Assembly (NCBI GenBank): GCA_964590575.1
Contig: CAZPWM010000104.1
Coordinates: 1 to 11,117, forward strand
Reading direction: 5' to 3'
DNA length: 11,117 bases
Source of the DNA: an uncultured archaeon
Lineage (GTDB): Archaea; Asgardarchaeota; Thorarchaeia; Thorarchaeales; Thorarchaeaceae
Shown here: piece after piece, positions 7,897 through 11,117 of the stretch
How positions within the stretch are numbered: position 1 is the stretch's first letter
Layout of the letters: every line of letters begins with the position of its first letter
The notes under the pieces: generated by a model
Seen by the model: the letters and a program-made list of their open reading frames with translations, nothing else
The model's database searches: none
What the model was told of the DNA's origin: nothing
Program-made: the position numbers and the translations under genes

Positions 7897-8381
7897 ATTC
7901 CAAGAGGAATGAAAATTGAGAAACACAGTAAGATTCCAAAGCTAAGTAAGAATAGTCCAGACGCAAATCCGGTATTCTTCCTGAATTTCACCAATATTAC
8001 AGTGTGAACAATCCCATTGGCTATAACGTTTATTGAGATACCAAGACCATAAAGTATAGCCTAGGAAGCCTGGACTGTGATTGGAAAATAGAACAGAAAA
8101 CTCAGCAGCACAAGCACTTGACTGAACGCAACTAAGAAATCTCAACCAGATACTGATTCTTTTGGAAACCCATCAGGATTCTTCCTCAATTGTGCTTCAA
8201 CATTCCATGCTTTTGTATAGTTCTCCTCAATGAAGTGTGCCGCCTGTGCTACACAAAATAATAGGTAGATTGTGGGAGAGTATGCAAATGTGACCACCTG
8301 AGTGGGAAAAGCAAATCCTACAATTATAGAAACCAGTACTAAGACTACTAGAAAAGCAATTAGTGGTTTGAAAACTTTCAA
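7893..8381 (-). pseudogene. HXXEE-family integral membrane protein interrupted by two in-frame stops (TGA 8144-8142, TAG 8063-8061)
   Basis: TTG start at 8381 with a GGTGA RBS. A single frame reads ...QAAHFIEENYT...KESVSG*DFLVAFSQVLVLLSFLFYFPITVQAS*AILYGLGISINVIANGIVHTVILVKFRKNTGFASGLFLLSFGILLCFSIFIPLGI*. It ends at TAG 7895-7893, which overlaps the convergent scpB stop (CTAG). It has the HxxEE motif, a later N-x3-H motif and several TM-like segments. Confidence 0.8.
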
Positions 8382-8394
8382 ACTTTTTCACCAT

Positions 8395-9408
8395 CTAACA
8401 TACACGAGGAACAGGTTCGCCATAGGGCACTTGAATAATCTTACGTCCTCCAATTGTTGTCCGCATCACGACTCTGGCCTTACCATCAAGGACTTTGCCA
8501 ACAACTTTAGCATCACTTGTAGTCTTATGTTTAGAAAGGGCATCTAGAATGTCATTGCTTTTCTTCGAGTCTACACTCATCACAGCTGTGCCTTCACAGC
8601 TCATGTGAAGCGGATCAAGTCCCAATACATTGCACAAGGATTGGACTGCTGGACGGATGGGAATCTGATCTTCTTGAAGTTCAAATTCAACCTTAGACTT
8701 TGATGCAATCTCGTTTAAAGCCACGGCTGTACCGCCCCTTGTAGGGTCCTTCATTGCATGAATACCACCTACATCAAGACAATCGCGTATGGGTTCCCAG
8801 AGAGGTGCAACATCACTTATCAAATCGGTCTCGAACTTCAACCCTTCTCGATGTGCTAGCAGGGAGGTTCCATGATCACCAATTGGTCCAGTGAGAATTA
8901 TGCTATCACCAATCCTAGCACCACTGTCACTGATTGGATCTTCAAGATAGGGTATTCCTATGCCTGTTGTTGACATCACAATTCCATCGAGGGTGCCTGG
9001 TGGCATGACCTTGGTATCGCCTGCAATCATTGCTACATCGAGGGGTTCAATGATACTATTGAGAGACCTGAGTATAGACTGCAAAGTAGCAATCTCAACA
9101 CCTTCTTCGATAATCACAGTGTTCGTCATTGCAATAGGTTGAGCTCCCATGACAGCTAAATCGTTGATCGTACCACATGCAGCCAATACTCCTAGATCAC
9201 CACCAGGAAACACGAGTGGATGTACTGTATGGGCATCGGTGCACACAATTAGATTGGCTCCTGCAGCTATAAGGGTGGCGCCATCATCCATTTCATCTAG
9301 ACCAATGGTCCCAATCTTCCTTCGACCAAAAGAGGGGATTATAACGTCTTCCAGAAGACGCTGCATTATCTTGCCACCAGCTCCGTGTGCAGTCTCAATC
9401 TTTGGCAT
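8395..9408 (-). CDS. hypE: [NiFe]-hydrogenase maturation protein HypE (carbamoyl dehydratase)
   Basis: AHGAGG N-terminus, DDGA, TDAHTVHPLVFPGGDLG, GTINDLAVMGA, GDTKV, AMKDPTRGG, and terminal PRVC with the catalytic C-terminal Cys. Confidence 0.97.
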   Translation of the reverse strand: MPKIETAHGAGGKIMQRLLEDVIIPSFGRRKIGTIGLDEMDDGATLIAAGANLIVCTDAHTVHPLVFPGGDLGVLAACGTINDLAVMGAQPIAMTNTVIIEEGVEIATLQSILRSLNSIIEPLDVAMIAGDTKVMPPGTLDGIVMSTTGIGIPYLEDPISDSGARIGDSIILTGPIGDHGTSLLAHREGLKFETDLISDVAPLWEPIRDCLDVGGIHAMKDPTRGGTAVALNEIASKSKVEFELQEDQIPIRPAVQSLCNVLGLDPLHMSCEGTAVMSVDSKKSNDILDALSKHKTTSDAKVVGKVLDGKARVVMRTTIGGRKIIQVPYGEPVPRVC

Positions 9409-9505
9409 TTTCTTTCCTCTGACTTTACGGTATCTTAGAGCAAACCTCGGAAGTATTTGAAGAGGTCGTTCTAGACATGAAAAAGAAGTTAGCCACGAAG
9501 CAACA

Positions 9506-9550
9506 TTTAAAACGAATCTGCAAGGAGCGTCATTGACCTAACCAAGAGGT
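9506..9550 (+). promoter_or_regulatory. Putative TATA box and RBS of rps8e
   Basis: TTTAAA at 9506-9511, about 50 nt upstream of the ATG, and GAGGT at 9546-9550. Confidence 0.45.
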
Positions 9551-9558
9551 AGTCAGAA

Positions 9559-9936
9559 ATGGGCGTCTGGCATAGAAGATCAACACGAACATCCACTGGA
9601 GCTCGATTGAGAAAGTTAAGAAGTAAGAGAAAGCACCAGATGGGTCGCACTCCAACTGAAACCCTAATGGGCGAAGCAAAGAGGATGACGATCGACAGCA
9701 GAAGCAAAGCCAAGAAGACACCAGCCCTACGTCTCATTCAGGTAAATGTCACTGATCCAGCAAAGAATGTCACAACCCGTGCTGAAGTACAAGATGTTGA
9801 GAAAAATCCGGCGAATATGGATTATCAACGAAGGAAAGTAATCACACGTGGTACGATTATCAAGACATCAAAGGGTCGTGCTATGGTGACCAGCAGACCT
9901 GGTCAAGATGGCGTTCTTAATGCCATACTCATTTAA
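9559..9936 (+). CDS. rps8e: 30S ribosomal protein S8e (eS8)
   Basis: MGVWHRRS.R..TGAR...R.KRK..MGR.P.ET, NPAN.DY.RR.VITRGTII and TSRPGQDGVLNA. The 125-aa length is archaeal. Confidence 0.98.
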   Translation: MGVWHRRSTRTSTGARLRKLRSKRKHQMGRTPTETLMGEAKRMTIDSRSKAKKTPALRLIQVNVTDPAKNVTTRAEVQDVEKNPANMDYQRRKVITRGTIIKTSKGRAMVTSRPGQDGVLNAILI

Positions 9937-9967
9937 ACGACTCATTTTTCGCCATTAGTTGTTGTTT

Positions 9968-10363
9968 CTATCCTGAAGCGGACTCTGAAACCTCAGCTTC
10001 GATGCTTGTTATCACGAAGTCTTTTCCACCTGTGATCTTAGTTGAACTACCTCCGCATTTTGGACACTTCATAGGTGCGAAAACAGCAATCTGATTGGGT
10101 AAGTTGGGGTCCATTTGTGATTCTCCCTGAAAATTACAGTCATTGCAGAGGAGTTGACCTTTAATCGTCTTGATTCGCAACTCAGCTCCTTCTAGAATAG
10201 AGTTTTTACTAGCAATTTCAAAATTGAATACTAGTTGCTCAGGCACGAGAAATGTGAATTCTCCTACTTCTACATTGACGATGGATACCTTTGTGGCTTT
10301 GTTGTTCTGTGCGGCTTCGAGCGCAGTATCAACAATGGAACAGGCTGCAGAGAATTCGTGCAA
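9968..10363 (-). CDS. hypA: Hydrogenase maturation nickel metallochaperone HypA
   Basis: N-terminal MHE Ni-binding motif (TTG start), VGEFTFLVPEQL.FNF, two CxxC motifs (CNDC, CPKC) with a long archaeal-type spacer, and ITGGKDF.I.SIE. Confidence 0.96.
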   Translation of the reverse strand: MHEFSAACSIVDTALEAAQNNKATKVSIVNVEVGEFTFLVPEQLVFNFEIASKNSILEGAELRIKTIKGQLLCNDCNFQGESQMDPNLPNQIAVFAPMKCPKCGGSSTKITGGKDFVITSIEAEVSESASG

Positions 10364-10434
10364 ATAATGACACCGATGAAAGGTGGAATATAGACTTGTT
10401 AAGGCATTTCCGCTATAGTCAAAGGTTCAGACTC

Positions 10435-10488
10435 TTTATATGAATCAGTGTTCATTGAAAGAACATCCTGTAGAGATGTAAGAGGGAG
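10435..10488 (+). promoter_or_regulatory. Putative TATA box and RBS for the HEAT-repeat gene (divergent from hypA)
   Basis: TTTATAT at 10435-10441, a short inverted repeat ATGAA-N6-TTCAT at 10440-10455, and GGGAG just upstream of TTG 10494. Confidence 0.4.
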
Positions 10489-10493
10489 TCGCT

Positions 10494-11105
10494 TTGTCAA
10501 AGACATCTAAAACATCAAAGAAAGGAACCACAACCAAGAAGAAGGCCACGGAGGGAAAGACGTCTGAAGGCAAACCAAAAGCAAAGAAAAAGACTGCCAA
10601 ATCTCAAATCAAAGCAAAGACTCCTGCTATGAAGACTGTGCCAAAGAAAGCGCTCAGCAAGAAGACAAGTACAGTCAAACCGACACCTAAGAAGACTGAG
10701 AAAAAAACACCCGCACAGAAAGTTTCCAGTAAGATGAATCGTGAAATGGTGAATGAACTAGAGATTGATATTAAAAGTGAGGATGAACAGGTGTGCCTAG
10801 GGGCAATCGGGCGGCTAGGTAGTGTGAATCATCCCGATGCAACTCGCGTGTTGATTATGGCTCTAACAGATAAAAGATACATGGTGAGGATTCTCGCAGC
10901 GGCTCAATTGGGTGAACGGAAGGACAAGAAGTCAGTGGATGCCTTAGTTGCAACACTTAATGATGATTCGATTTTTGTCAGACAAACAGCCGCGGGAGCC
11001 CTAGAAAGCATTGGTGGTGCAAAGGCAAAGAAGGCAGTCATCAAAGCTGAAAAAGACGGTTTACTTCTGGATGAACTACCTGAAGGGAAAAGATTAGGTG
11101 ATTGA
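10494..11105 (+). CDS. HEAT (PBS-lyase-type) repeat protein with Lys-rich histone H1-like N-terminal tail
   Basis: The first 80 aa contain 28 Lys and are low-complexity (K/T/S/A/P). About three HEAT repeats follow (SEDEQVCLGAIGRLG, LTDKRYMVRILAAAQLGE, LNDDSIFVRQTAAGALE). Confidence 0.85.
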   Translation: MSKTSKTSKKGTTTKKKATEGKTSEGKPKAKKKTAKSQIKAKTPAMKTVPKKALSKKTSTVKPTPKKTEKKTPAQKVSSKMNREMVNELEIDIKSEDEQVCLGAIGRLGSVNHPDATRVLIMALTDKRYMVRILAAAQLGERKDKKSVDALVATLNDDSIFVRQTAAGALESIGGAKAKKAVIKAEKDGLLLDELPEGKRLGD

Positions 11106-11117
11106 CTACAAAATACG

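Noticed and set aside
3595-7926. Short minus-strand ORFs inside smc/scpA/scpB (including Ser-rich 6458-6970)
   Set aside because: They are antisense shadows. The Ser/Phe runs reflect Glu/Asp/Lys codons on the sense strand.
7942-8145. 67-aa Cys-rich minus-strand ORF as a separate gene or frameshifted half of the HXXEE gene
   Set aside because: It is in the wrong frame. The hydrophobic, motif-bearing continuation lies in the same frame as 8381-8142.
9504-9943. CATTTAAAACGAATC / CATTTAAACGACTC near-direct repeat flanking rps8e as an insertion scar
   Set aside because: It is short, AT-rich and imperfect, and is explained by the TATA box and the stop codon. rps8e is a core gene.
32-9970. Genome-wide reassignment of TAG as a sense codon
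   Set aside because: TAG terminates hypE exactly after its obligatory C-terminal Cys (PRVC) and ends scpB, hypA, the roadblock and the Sec23-like genes at expected lengths.

Overview
An archaeal chromosomal window, most likely from an Asgard archaeon (Thorarchaeia-like; inferred from gene content, not tested). The left part holds eukaryotic-signature-type genes: a Sec23/Sec24-like Zn-finger/vWA/beta-sandwich protein flanked by two roadblock/LC7 (MglB/LAMTOR-like) genes. It abuts a contiguous, translationally coupled smc-scpA-scpB cluster. The right part carries an HXXEE-family membrane protein gene broken by two in-frame stops (the ORF track misses its true second half), hypE, rps8e (eS8), hypA, and a HEAT-repeat protein with a histone H1-like Lys-rich tail. 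The left roadblock gene also contains an in-frame TAG near the window edge. I found no rRNA, tRNA, CRISPR array or mobile element.
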